NCBI GenBank assembly: GCA_022820805.1
Contig: JAJEEV010000013.1
Coordinates: 80,967-144,966 of the forward strand
DNA length: 64,000 bases
Direction: 5' to 3'
Origin: Acidimicrobiia bacterium
GTDB taxonomy: Bacteria > Actinomycetota > Acidimicrobiia > Acidimicrobiales > Aldehydirespiratoraceae
In this document: positions 18,985 to 27,748 of the stretch, piece by piece
Position numbering within the stretch: position 1 is the first letter of the stretch
How the letters are laid out: each line of letters starts with the position of its first letter
The notes under the pieces: model-generated
The model's database searches: none
Seen by the model: the letters and a program-made list of their open reading frames with translations, nothing else
Told to the model about the DNA's origin: nothing
Position numbers and translations under genes: made by a program

Positions 18985-19995
18985 ATGAGCACCGACCAGA
19001 TTGCTCTGGGACTGCAGATCGTCCCGACCATGGGCTCGGCCGAGTTGATCGACACGATCGTGGTGGCCGAGGAATTGGGCTACTCGTACTGCATGGTGGC
19101 CGACGAGGGCTTGATGCTCGACGTGTACGCGGTGCTGGGCGCCGCGGCCCGCATCACCAGCACAATCCGGCTGGGGGCGGTCACCAACCCCTACACCCGC
19201 CACCCGGCCGCCACCGCGGCCGCCCTGGCCACCGTCGACGAGATGAGCGGGGGCCGGGCCTTCGTGACCCTGGTGGCGGGCGGCACCATGGTGCTGCACC
19301 CCATGGGACTCCAGCGGTCGGCGCCCCTGGCCCTGATGGCCGACACCATCACCGCCCTGCGGCTGCTGTGGCGGGGGGAGCCGGTCACCTGGCAGGGACG
19401 GCGGCTGTCGCTGGAAGGGGCCCAGCTCACCACCGGCACCCACTCGATCCCGATCTGGGTCGCGGCCCGGGGCGAGAGGATGCTGGAGCTGGCCGGCACC
19501 CACGCCGACGGCCTGATGCTGATGGTCAAGTCCGATCTCGGCGACGCCTTCGGCATCGCCGAGCAGGCCCGGCAGGCGGCCGGGACGCAGGCCGGTGATG
19601 GACGCGGGGGCGCCCCGCTCATGCGGGCCTACCTCGACCGGCTGGCGTACCGGCCCGAGATGATCGAGGAGGCCAAGCACCTCTACGGCTACGCCATCAT
19701 GGACAGCCCGCCCCGGATCCTCAGGAACCTGGGCCTCGACGACGATGAGATCGCCGGCTTGAAGCACGCCTTCGCCCAGGGCGGCCCCGAGGCTGTGGGC
19801 CAGCTCGTGACCGACGAGCTGGTGGCCTCCTACCAGATCGCGGGCACTCCCGCCGAGTGCCGCGACCAGCTGGAGCACCTGATCGGCGCGCACCGGCTCG
19901 ACGCCTTCTTCGTGAACATCATCTCGCCGGGCCTGCCCGCCAACCGTGATCTGCTCACCGAGGTGAAGGCGATAGCCGCGGAAGCCTTGCGATAA
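18985..19995 (+). CDS. Luciferase-like monooxygenase (LLM) class oxidoreductase, F420-dependent methylene-H4MPT reductase (Mer)-like
   Basis: N-terminal TIM-barrel LLM pattern LGLQIVP...AEELGYSYCMVADE. VTNPYTRHPAATAAALATVDEMSGGRA closely matches the Mer-type NPYTRHP segment as remembered from archaeal Mer. That segment is shared by many actinobacterial F420 LLMs. Confidence 0.85.
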   Translation: MSTDQIALGLQIVPTMGSAELIDTIVVAEELGYSYCMVADEGLMLDVYAVLGAAARITSTIRLGAVTNPYTRHPAATAAALATVDEMSGGRAFVTLVAGGTMVLHPMGLQRSAPLALMADTITALRLLWRGEPVTWQGRRLSLEGAQLTTGTHSIPIWVAARGERMLELAGTHADGLMLMVKSDLGDAFGIAEQARQAAGTQAGDGRGGAPLMRAYLDRLAYRPEMIEEAKHLYGYAIMDSPPRILRNLGLDDDEIAGLKHAFAQGGPEAVGQLVTDELVASYQIAGTPAECRDQLEHLIGAHRLDAFFVNIISPGLPANRDLLTEVKAIAAEALR

Positions 19996-20002
19996 TCCTG
20001 GC

Positions 20003-20020
20003 GCGGCGGCACACCGCCGC
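20003..20020. terminator. GC hairpin between convergent genes (possible bidirectional terminator)
   Basis: gcggcgg (20003-20009) / caca loop / ccgccgc (20014-20020), between the stops at 19995 (+) and 20034 (-). No U-tract. Confidence 0.3.
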
Positions 20021-20033
20021 ACTCAGCGCTGCG

Positions 20034-21356
20034 TCATGAGGTGGTCAGCGAGGCGAGGTCCGACGCTTCGTGGTCGGCCGCGGCTGTGCCGAAGCGGCGC
20101 ACCCGGATGTCGGCCTGCGCCTGGTGGCCGGCGAAGTTCTCTATCGCGCACAGCCGGCTGCAGTACTCCCCGATGAGGGCGCTCGACGCCGGATCGGTGA
20201 CCCGCTGGTAGGTCACCGTCTTGAGGAACTTCCCCACCCACAGGCCGCCCGTGTAGCGAGCCGCGCCCTGCGTCGGGAGGGTGTGGTTGGTGCCGATCAC
20301 CTTGTCGCCGTAGGAGACATTGGTCATCGGACCCAGGAACAGGGCGCCGTAGTTCGTCAGGTTGTCGAGGAAGTAGTCGTCGTCGCCGGTCATCACCGAC
20401 ACATGCTCGAACGCCAACTCGTCAGCGAGGCGGAGCATCTCGGCCTTGTCCTCGCACACGATGACCCGCCCGTAGTCGGCCCACGACACGGACGCGACGT
20501 CGGCGGTCGGCAGGGTCTCGAGCTGGCGGTTGACCTCGGCGATCGTGTCCGCCGCCAACTGCCGTGACGTGGTGAGCAGGACGGCGGGTGACGTCGGCCC
20601 GTGCTCCGCCTGGCCCAGCAGGTCGGTGGCGCAGATCTCGCCGTCGGCGCTGTCGTCCGCGATCAGCAGCGTCTCGGTCGGGCCTGCGAGCAGGTCGATG
20701 CCCACCCGGCCGTAGAGCTGCCGCTTGGCCTCGGCCACGAACGCATTGCCCGGACCGACCAGCACGTCCACCCGGTCGACGAACTCGGTCCCCAGCGCCA
20801 GCGAGGCAACCGCCTGGACCCCGCCGAGCAGGTAGATCTCGTCCGCGCCGGCGAGGTGCATGGCGGCGACCGTCTCGGCCGGCACGCCGCTGTTGATCGG
20901 CGGAGTGCATGCGGCCACTCGCGGCACGCCCGCGACCTTGGCCGTGAGCACGCTCATGTGAGCCGACGCAACCATCGGGTAGCGACCTCCCGGGACGTAG
21001 GCCCCCACCGACGAGACGGGCAGGTGCTTGTGTCCCAGCGTCACACCCGGCAGCGTCTCCACTTCGACTTCTCGCATCGAGTCGAGCTGGACCTGGGCGA
21101 AGTTGCGGATCTGGGCCTGCGCGAAGCGGATGTCGTCCAGGGTTCCGGGGTCGACGCCCGCCACGATCCCGTCGATCTGCTCCGCGCTCAGCCGGAACTC
21201 CTCCGGCGCCCAGTCGTCGAACTCCTTCGACAGCTCCCGCACGGCCCGCTCGCCGCGCTCGGAGACGTCCGCGAGCAGGGTGCTCACCCGTTCGGCCAGC
21301 GCGGCGTCCGCTCCGTGAGCGCCCTTGCGGGCGGCTTCCTTCAATACCTCAGCCAT
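20034..21356 (-). CDS. Histidinol dehydrogenase family NAD-dependent dehydrogenase (HisD-like, not in a his operon)
   Basis: The ATG at 21356 gives [12 protein letters not shown]. Family motifs [28 protein letters not shown] and [15 protein letters not shown]. The track ORF extends 23 codons further upstream. Confidence 0.87.
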   Translation of the reverse strand: MAEVLKEAARKGAHGADAALAERVSTLLADVSERGERAVRELSKEFDDWAPEEFRLSAEQIDGIVAGVDPGTLDDIRFAQAQIRNFAQVQLDSMREVEVETLPGVTLGHKHLPVSSVGAYVPGGRYPMVASAHMSVLTAKVAGVPRVAACTPPINSGVPAETVAAMHLAGADEIYLLGGVQAVASLALGTEFVDRVDVLVGPGNAFVAEAKRQLYGRVGIDLLAGPTETLLIADDSADGEICATDLLGQAEHGPTSPAVLLTTSRQLAADTIAEVNRQLETLPTADVASVSWADYGRVIVCEDKAEMLRLADELAFEHVSVMTGDDDYFLDNLTNYGALFLGPMTNVSYGDKVIGTNHTLPTQGAARYTGGLWVGKFLKTVTYQRVTDPASSALIGEYCSRLCAIENFAGHQAQADIRVRRFGTAAADHEASDLASLTTS

Positions 21357-21541
21357 CGGGTCCTCCGTGTCGCCCTGCCCGTCCGGCCCGGAGCTCGCGA
21401 CGGCTCCGCTCCGGCAAATGAACAAGCGGTCAAGTATGCCGCCGCCGGGAGTTGATCCTTGCTCCCTGCGGCCGCTCGCCCCACCCGTGCCGGATCAGCC
21501 GACGTGACATCGGCGGCCCGGCGGCGGCAAGCTGTTCAGTC

Positions 21542-22414
21542 ATGAACGCTGCGGCAAGGCGCCCGACCCCGCGACCGGTGTTCGACCGGCCCACGGTCCT
21601 TCCTGCGTCGGACAGAGGCCGCCACGTCTGGGGCGACTCCGAGTCGGGCTTCGTGCTCGACCGCGTCCACCTGTCGTCGGAGATGCTGCACGTGCTGGAG
21701 TTCTCCATGCCACCCGGGGGGCGGTTCGGGCACTCCCCCGACAACCCCACGATCTTCGCGGCCGACGAGCTGCTGTACGTGCTCGAAGGGGTGCTGATGC
21801 TCAGTGACCCCTCGACCGGCGAGACCCAGAGGGCGGTTGCCGGCGAGGCGGTCTTCTTCCGCCGGGACACCTGGCACCACGGCCGGGCCGCCGGTGACGA
21901 GGGTGTGCGGGTGCTGGAGTTCTTCTCGCCCACTCCCGCCACCGGGGCCTCCAGCGCCTACGGCCGGACCCAGCCCTACCTGGAGCGCACCTCCACCGTC
22001 GACCAGCGGCTGCTCGGCTCCTGGCCCATGGCTTCCGGGCAGATCGAGCATCGCCTCACGCCGGTGCGGGAGCACGATGTGGCGTGGGCGACCCGGGGAG
22101 CACTCGAACTCGGGTTCCTGGCCGCCACCGAGCACCTGACCGTGCTGCGATGCCACCTTCGAGCCGGGGCCGCGTCCGCCGAGGAGCAGCATCCCGGAGA
22201 GGAGTTCGTGCTGCTGCTCTCGGGAAGCCTGGTGGTCATGACGCCCGCGGCTGAGGACGCCAACTGCCTGTACCTGGACGCGGGCGACGCCGCCGTGCTG
22301 CCGCCGGGCACGCAGCACTCGTACCTGTCGGCCGGCGACAGCCAGGCCGTCTGGCTGTGCGGGATCGGGCCCGGCTGGACCAGCACCGGCGACATCGGTC
22401 CCGATCCCGGCTGA
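21542..22414 (+). CDS. Bicupin domain protein
   Basis: ATG at 21542 within track ORF 21452..22414. Two cupin-like halves: LEFSMPPGGRFGHS...LYVLEGVLML and HLRAGAASAEEQHPGEEFVLLLSGSLVV. Confidence 0.68.
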   Translation: MNAAARRPTPRPVFDRPTVLPASDRGRHVWGDSESGFVLDRVHLSSEMLHVLEFSMPPGGRFGHSPDNPTIFAADELLYVLEGVLMLSDPSTGETQRAVAGEAVFFRRDTWHHGRAAGDEGVRVLEFFSPTPATGASSAYGRTQPYLERTSTVDQRLLGSWPMASGQIEHRLTPVREHDVAWATRGALELGFLAATEHLTVLRCHLRAGAASAEEQHPGEEFVLLLSGSLVVMTPAAEDANCLYLDAGDAAVLPPGTQHSYLSAGDSQAVWLCGIGPGWTSTGDIGPDPG

Positions 22415-22418
22415 CCCC

Positions 22419-23306
22419 ATGACGCGGGCCGCAGTGGGCGTCGATGTAGGCGGCACCAAGATCGCCGGCGCGGTCGTGGCCGCCAACGGAGGGGTACGCG
22501 ACCACGAGACGGTGGCCACACCCCATGACGGCGACGACGGCAGCGCCTCGGCGGTGCTGGCGCTCATCGACCACCTGGCCCGCCGGGCCGCCGACGAGGG
22601 CGTCGCCGTCGAGCGGGCCGGGGTGGGCGTTCCCGAGTACGTCACACCGCAAGGGCAGGTCAACAGCGCGCTCGTTCTGCCATCGATGCGGACACTGCCC
22701 GCTGTCACCGAGTCCGGTCTCGGGGTGGTGATCGACTCCGACGTGCGCTGCGCGGCCCGGGCCGAGTCCCGCCTCGGTCACGGGCGGGATGTGCCCAGCT
22801 TCGTGTTCGCGATCATCGGCACCGGCATCTCATCGACGCTGGTGATCGACGGCCGCCCTTGGGCCGGCCACCGGGGCGAGGCGATCGCGCTGGGCGAGCT
22901 CGGCGTGGACCCCGCGCTCGCGGTGCGACCCGAGGCTCCCCTCACTGTGGAGGAGCAGGCCTCGGGACGAGCCATCGGCGCGGCCGCCGATGCCCAGGCC
23001 GGTCGGGTCGATCCGGCCGGGACAGCTGCAATCCGGGACAGGATCGAGGCCCGGGCAGGACAGATCGTGGCAACCGCTCTGCAGAGCGCCGTGCACCTGC
23101 TGGATCCCGCCGCAGTGATCGTCGGTGGCGGCCTCGGCGCCAGCAGCGGCACCTTCTCCGACTCGCTGTCACGGCACTACCGGGAGCTCACCGCAGGCCG
23201 GCCGGACCCACCGCCGCTGATGCAGGCTCGGCTGGGGCCGCGCGCCGGTGTCATCGGCGCGGGCCTGCTGACCCTTGAAGGAGACTCAACCCGCTCGGCC
23301 TCTTGA
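22419..23306 (+). CDS. ROK family sugar kinase/regulator-like protein
   Basis: N-terminal ATP-binding AVGVDVGGTKIAGAVV. The size and layout fit ROK proteins. The last 6 codons are built from sequence resembling the 3' end of the repeat element. Confidence 0.82.
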   Translation: MTRAAVGVDVGGTKIAGAVVAANGGVRDHETVATPHDGDDGSASAVLALIDHLARRAADEGVAVERAGVGVPEYVTPQGQVNSALVLPSMRTLPAVTESGLGVVIDSDVRCAARAESRLGHGRDVPSFVFAIIGTGISSTLVIDGRPWAGHRGEAIALGELGVDPALAVRPEAPLTVEEQASGRAIGAAADAQAGRVDPAGTAAIRDRIEARAGQIVATALQSAVHLLDPAAVIVGGGLGASSGTFSDSLSRHYRELTAGRPDPPPLMQARLGPRAGVIGAGLLTLEGDSTRSAS

Positions 23307-23350
23307 GGGGCCCCGCGGGCAGGTGGGAGCCGATCGCGGTGCAGCGGTGT

Positions 23351-23446
23351 CATTCCCGCTCCTGTTCGCTGCGCTCACGGGCCGCTCGGGCCACGGCCTC
23401 GCGCCGTATGGACCCGCGTGTCCCGTCAACCCGCTCGGCCTCTTAG
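23351..23446 (+). repeat. Intergenic repeat element, copy 1 (~96 bp)
   Basis: Shares the invariant 36-nt core cgctgcgctcacgggccgctcgggccacggcctcgc (23367-23402) with copies at 29617-29713 and 51338-51430. The 19-nt end tcaacccgctcggcctctt (23426-23444) is also present at 23287-23305. The element lies between convergent genes. Confidence 0.85.
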
Positions 23447-24744
23447 ACCGGGAGGAGACGCTCGGGGAGGTAGTCGCGGTGGGCGTGGGCCATCTCGGCG
23501 TAGAGCCGCTCGGCCTTGTCGATCGAGCGGACCAGCGGGTGCGACGCCAGCGCCTGGACCGCCTCGTGGCTCGTCCCGCTCCAGGCCGCGTCGGCCGCGG
23601 CCTGCTGGTAGTAGCCCAGCGCCTCCACCAGACCCCGCGTGTGCGGCGGCAGGCTCGGCATCTCGATGGACCGCACCCCGGCCGCGTCGCAGCGACCGAG
23701 GGTCTCCACCACCAGCGTGTCCTCGAAGCCGGCGACGCTGCCGTTGTTGGCCACGTTGACGGTCATCACCTCGTCACGGTCGTTGAACACCGCGTCCATG
23801 CAGTCGATGGCCAACTCCAGTTCGTGGATGCCTCCACGTGACCTTGCCGGATCGAGTTCGGGATCGTCGCTCAGAGCCTGCTCCCGGTAGTGCGACCAGT
23901 ACGACGGCACCTCGGCCAGGATGTCCTCGGCCCGGGTGGTCCCCTTGGCGTGGTACTCGGCGAGGATCTCCTCCTCGAAGTAGTAGTACTGGAAGTAACC
24001 GCTGGGAACCGAGTCCATGGTGGCCGCAAGCTGGAGCATCCTGCGTTCCTGCCCCCCGAGGCTGGGATCTGCGGCTTCCTCGCTCCACTTCTCGCGCAGC
24101 AGCGGCAGCAGCGGCTCGCCGTCGTAGGTGTGGCTCACCGACCACGAGCCGTGGTTGAGGCCCACGCTGGCCACATCGAGCTTGTCGGGATCAAGGCCCA
24201 CCGCCTCGGCCAGCATCCGGGGGTAGACGATCGGCCCCTCGCACAGCGACACGATGCTGGCGTCGGAGTTGTCCGAGACGGCCTGGGAGACGATGTTGAC
24301 CGGGTTGGTGTAGTTGAAGATCGTGGCACCCGGGCATGCCGTTTCCATGTCGACGAGGATGTCCTTCATCGCCGCGATCGACCGCAGCGCCATGAAGAAC
24401 CCGCCCGGCCCCTGGGTCTCCTGGCCGATCACGTTGTGCGACAGCGGGATGCGCTCGTCGAGGACCCGAGCCTCGAAGCCGCCCGGCCGGTAGCTGGTGA
24501 GCACCGCGTCGCAACTGTCGAGCCCAGCCAGCCGGTCGGTGGTGGCCTTGACGGTGATGTCCAGGCCCCTCGCCGCCATCATCCGCTGCGCGATCTCCCT
24601 CGCCAGCGCGAGACGCTCGGCGTCCAGGTCGATCAGCACGACCTCGGAGCCGTCGAAGTTCTCCCCCTGATGGGCGAAGCTCGCCATCGTGCCCGGCGCG
24701 CGGGTCGATCCGCCCCCTATGTAGGCGAGCTTGATCCGTGCCAC
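23443..24744 (-). CDS. Glycoside hydrolase family 4 (NAD/Mn-dependent 6-phospho-glycosidase type)
   Basis: KLAYIGGGSTRAP Rossmann N-terminus. GH4 motifs FNYTNPVNIV, SLCEGPI and VGLNHGSW. Confidence 0.9.
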   Translation of the reverse strand: MARIKLAYIGGGSTRAPGTMASFAHQGENFDGSEVVLIDLDAERLALAREIAQRMMAARGLDITVKATTDRLAGLDSCDAVLTSYRPGGFEARVLDERIPLSHNVIGQETQGPGGFFMALRSIAAMKDILVDMETACPGATIFNYTNPVNIVSQAVSDNSDASIVSLCEGPIVYPRMLAEAVGLDPDKLDVASVGLNHGSWSVSHTYDGEPLLPLLREKWSEEAADPSLGGQERRMLQLAATMDSVPSGYFQYYYFEEEILAEYHAKGTTRAEDILAEVPSYWSHYREQALSDDPELDPARSRGGIHELELAIDCMDAVFNDRDEVMTVNVANNGSVAGFEDTLVVETLGRCDAAGVRSIEMPSLPPHTRGLVEALGYYQQAAADAAWSGTSHEAVQALASHPLVRSIDKAERLYAEMAHAHRDYLPERLLPV

Positions 24745-24792
24745 TACGCACCTCCCGGCGGCCTGGGCATGAGTCCCGTCACCGGCCCAACC

Positions 24793-25779
24793 CTACGCCC
24801 GCGGGCCGTCGTGCGAGGCTCGGAAGTCGACGAGAGAGCCGTTCAGCGCCTCGGCGTCGGAATCCAAACCGAGCCGGTCCCGGGCCAGCATCACCGCCCC
24901 GACCACCGGCGGCAGCGTGGTGCGAACCGGCACGGCGGCGGCCAGCTCGCTCATCACCGCATCGACCAGCACGGTGCTGGGATGCCGGAACAGACCGCCG
25001 CCCATCACCACGGTGGCGCCGGCCACGTCCATCTCGACCCGCTCGGCCGACGCCCGGCCCTGACCGCCCATGGCCCGGCCGGCGGCCGTCACGATCCCCG
25101 CGGCGACGGGGTCGCCCAGCGCGGCCTCATCGAGCAGCACCGGACTCATGCGCACCAGCTCAGCGGGCCCGTACCCGTCGCGCCGGGTGAACCGGTGCTG
25201 CAACTCGATGGGGTCGGCCGCGCCGTAGAGCGCCAGCGCCCGACCGGTGAGTGACGTGGCCGGACCCAGCCCCAGGTGGGCGCGCAGCACGGCGTCGAGC
25301 GCACCGCGGCTGAGTTTGGCCGCGCCGACGGTGTCGGGCCAGAAGCCGAGGTGGAACACCCTGCCGTCACCGCGCCGGGCCCCGACCGCGTTGCCGGTGC
25401 CGCAGATGACCGCGATCCCCTCCCATGACGGCGACCCGAGCCTGAGCCCGCCCATGGAGTCGTTCACGACGACCGGCTCGAAGCCGAACCCGCCGCCGGC
25501 GAGGTGGCTTCGCAGGTAGTCGTGATCCTCGGGCCAGTCGGCGCCGGCGAGGCTGAACACCCCGGCCCGCAGATCGGTGGCGCCCAGCCCGGCCTGGCGC
25601 AGCGCGGCCGACACGATGCGGTCCAGCTCGTGAAGGGCGTCCGGCGGCGATGCCACCCCGTATATGTCGGTGCAGCCGCCCTCACCGACCCCGACGACGT
25701 CCCCTGAGCCGTCCACCACCACCGCGGTCGTGCTCGTGTTGCCTCCGTCGACCCCTATGACGTGGATGCCCGAGCCCAT
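24793..25779 (-). CDS. BadF/BadG/BcrA/BcrD-type ATPase (N-acetylglucosamine-kinase-like)
   Basis: VIGVDGGNTSTTAVVVD phosphate-1 motif and CGTGNAVGAR. ~328 aa. Confidence 0.8.
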   Translation of the reverse strand: MGSGIHVIGVDGGNTSTTAVVVDGSGDVVGVGEGGCTDIYGVASPPDALHELDRIVSAALRQAGLGATDLRAGVFSLAGADWPEDHDYLRSHLAGGGFGFEPVVVNDSMGGLRLGSPSWEGIAVICGTGNAVGARRGDGRVFHLGFWPDTVGAAKLSRGALDAVLRAHLGLGPATSLTGRALALYGAADPIELQHRFTRRDGYGPAELVRMSPVLLDEAALGDPVAAGIVTAAGRAMGGQGRASAERVEMDVAGATVVMGGGLFRHPSTVLVDAVMSELAAAVPVRTTLPPVVGAVMLARDRLGLDSDAEALNGSLVDFRASHDGPRA

Positions 25780-25793
25780 GGAACGCCCGCCTG

Positions 25794-26954
25794 CTAGTCG
25801 TCGCGGTGGCGGCGGATCCGGTAGTCGTGTCCCACCTTGCCGCCGCGCTGGACGTAGATCGCCTCAGGATCGTAGGGCACCGGGTCGATGGTGCTCGACA
25901 CCGTCTGCACCTCCCCGGAGGACGCCGCCAGTTGCGCCTTGACCATCACCTCCAGGCAGTGGTAGGCGTGCTCGGGACGCACGAGCAGCTCCGCCCCGTC
26001 GAGGGCGCAGTCCACCAGGTGCCGCAGCCCCGCAGTCCACGGCCAGGCCGGGTCGACTTCGGCGTAGGTGGTCCAGCCGGCTGAGTCGGCCCGCACGATC
26101 TCGTACCCCTGCGGGGCCCAGTCGTCTCCCAGCATCTGAGCCACGCCACTGGTGCCGTACAGCTCGATCGCCGGCGAGCGGTACTCATGCATCGTGAACC
26201 CGGTCGTGACCGCGGCGAAGCGGGCGTCGCCGAAGTCGAGCAGCACCTGGTAGTTGTCGGGGTTGCGGACTTCGATCGTCTCGCCGTCCACCTCGCGCCG
26301 GGGTACCGCCGTGCCCGCCAGCGCAGCGACACGCCTGACGCTTCCCATCAGCCCGGTGAGCGAGGTGATGTTGTAGACGCCCAGATCGAACAGCGGGCCG
26401 CCGCCGGTGTCGTAGTACCAGCGTCCCCAAGTCGGACCCGACCAGCCGTATCGGGCCCGGGCGGTGAGCACCGTCCCGATCTCACCCTCGTCGACGACCC
26501 GCTTCCACAGAGCCTGGTAGGTGGGGCTGAGCACCACGTGGGGCGCACACATGAGCAGGCCGGGCACGGTCCCGGCCTTGGCCACGAGCTCGGCCGCCTC
26601 GTCCAGATGGACCGACATCGGCTTCTCCACAAGCACGTGCTTGCCGGCATCGAGCGCAGCGGCGGCGATCTCGCCGTGGCTGGGCATGGCCGTGAGCACC
26701 AGCACCGCGTCCACGTCGTCGCGCGCCACCACATCGGCGTAGTCGGTGCTGAACGCCGCGTCCTGGTGCAGGAAGTCGCGAACCCTGCGGGCACGGCCGG
26801 CCACGATGTCGCACGCCGCGACCACTTCGACCCGTCCGTAGTAGCGCAGCTCCCGGATCAGCGTCGCGTAGGGCTCGAACACGCTGCCCAGCCCGACGAT
26901 CCCGAGCCGCACCCTCGATGAAGACCCCATGCCGGCGGCGGCAGCACCGCTCAT
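25794..26954 (-). CDS. Gfo/Idh/MocA family oxidoreductase
   Basis: The ATG at 26954 overlaps the upstream gene's stop (ATGA). VRLGIVGLGSV Rossmann motif and HVLVEKPMS (EKP motif). Confidence 0.87.
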   Translation of the reverse strand: MSGAAAAGMGSSSRVRLGIVGLGSVFEPYATLIRELRYYGRVEVVAACDIVAGRARRVRDFLHQDAAFSTDYADVVARDDVDAVLVLTAMPSHGEIAAAALDAGKHVLVEKPMSVHLDEAAELVAKAGTVPGLLMCAPHVVLSPTYQALWKRVVDEGEIGTVLTARARYGWSGPTWGRWYYDTGGGPLFDLGVYNITSLTGLMGSVRRVAALAGTAVPRREVDGETIEVRNPDNYQVLLDFGDARFAAVTTGFTMHEYRSPAIELYGTSGVAQMLGDDWAPQGYEIVRADSAGWTTYAEVDPAWPWTAGLRHLVDCALDGAELLVRPEHAYHCLEVMVKAQLAASSGEVQTVSSTIDPVPYDPEAIYVQRGGKVGHDYRIRRHRDD

Positions 26955-27748
26955 GGCGCGCCTCCCCTCTCGGCGCCGGCATCGCTCCAGACGACGGCGC
27001 CCGGACATTCGTGTATGAACGTCGCCGGCCAGGCCGGATCATGGCCCGCCGCGGCCAGCACCCGCCGCAGCGACTCAGCCTTGTCCGCCCCGTGGAGCAC
27101 CAGCCACACAGAGCGCGACAGCGACCGGATCGTGCCCAGGCCCACCGACACGCCGTGGGTGGGAACCTCCCCGACCGAGGCGAACTCGGGGAACGTGACA
27201 AGGTTGTCGGCCCGGGTCGACGGGGCCAGCTCCACGATGGCACTGGCCCCGTCGAGGTCCGACTCCGGGCCGCAGAAGGCGACGTGCCCGTCCGACGCCC
27301 CGCTGGCCGCGATGAACACATCGACGCCGCCCGCGTCCGCGATGCGCCCGTCGTAGGCCGGGGGGTCGAGCGGATCCGGGAACCACACCGACTCGCCGGC
27401 CACGGCCCGCCAGGCCGGCAGCCCGCGGTTGATCACCAGGCGGATCTCCTGCTCCGCGAAGCGCCGGCAGGAGTTGTGAGCATCGCGCGAGACCGGTTCA
27501 GGTGTCGCGGAGTCGGGATCGAGGTAGTCGTCCATCATCACCAGCACCACCCCGGAGCAGTCGATCCCATCGCGATCACAGATGCGGCCCAGCTCGGCGT
27601 AGATGGGCTTGGGTGTCCGGCCTCCAGGGCACCCCAGAAGGTACGGGCGACCCGCCGCCCGGCTCCCGGCTATCCCGGCCGCGATCTCCGCGGCCGCGGC
27701 GGCTCCGAGTTCTAGCGGCGTGCCGAAGCGTCTGTGGCGGACCGTCAT
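26951..27748 (-). CDS. Glucosamine-6-phosphate deaminase / 6-phosphogluconolactonase (NagB) superfamily protein
   Basis: The ATG at 27748 overlaps the permease stop (ATGA). LLGCPGGRTPKPIY and VFIAASGASDGHVAF motifs. The rest of track ORF 26951..28405 is out-of-frame read-through of the permease gene. Confidence 0.8.
   Translation of the reverse strand: MTVRHRRFGTPLELGAAAAAEIAAGIAGSRAAGRPYLLGCPGGRTPKPIYAELGRICDRDGIDCSGVVLVMMDDYLDPDSATPEPVSRDAHNSCRRFAEQEIRLVINRGLPAWRAVAGESVWFPDPLDPPAYDGRIADAGGVDVFIAASGASDGHVAFCGPESDLDGASAIVELAPSTRADNLVTFPEFASVGEVPTHGVSVGLGTIRSLSRSVWLVLHGADKAESLRRVLAAAGHDPAWPATFIHECPGAVVWSDAGAERGGAP

Noticed and set aside
23351-23446. The repeat family as an insertion sequence/MITE with a transposase, as an attC-type site, or as actinobacterial 6C RNA.
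   Set aside because: There is no transposase or integrase in the window and no clear terminal inverted repeats. The C-runs are only 4-5 nt and do not sit in the two-hairpin arrangement of 6C RNA. I kept it as an unclassified repeat.
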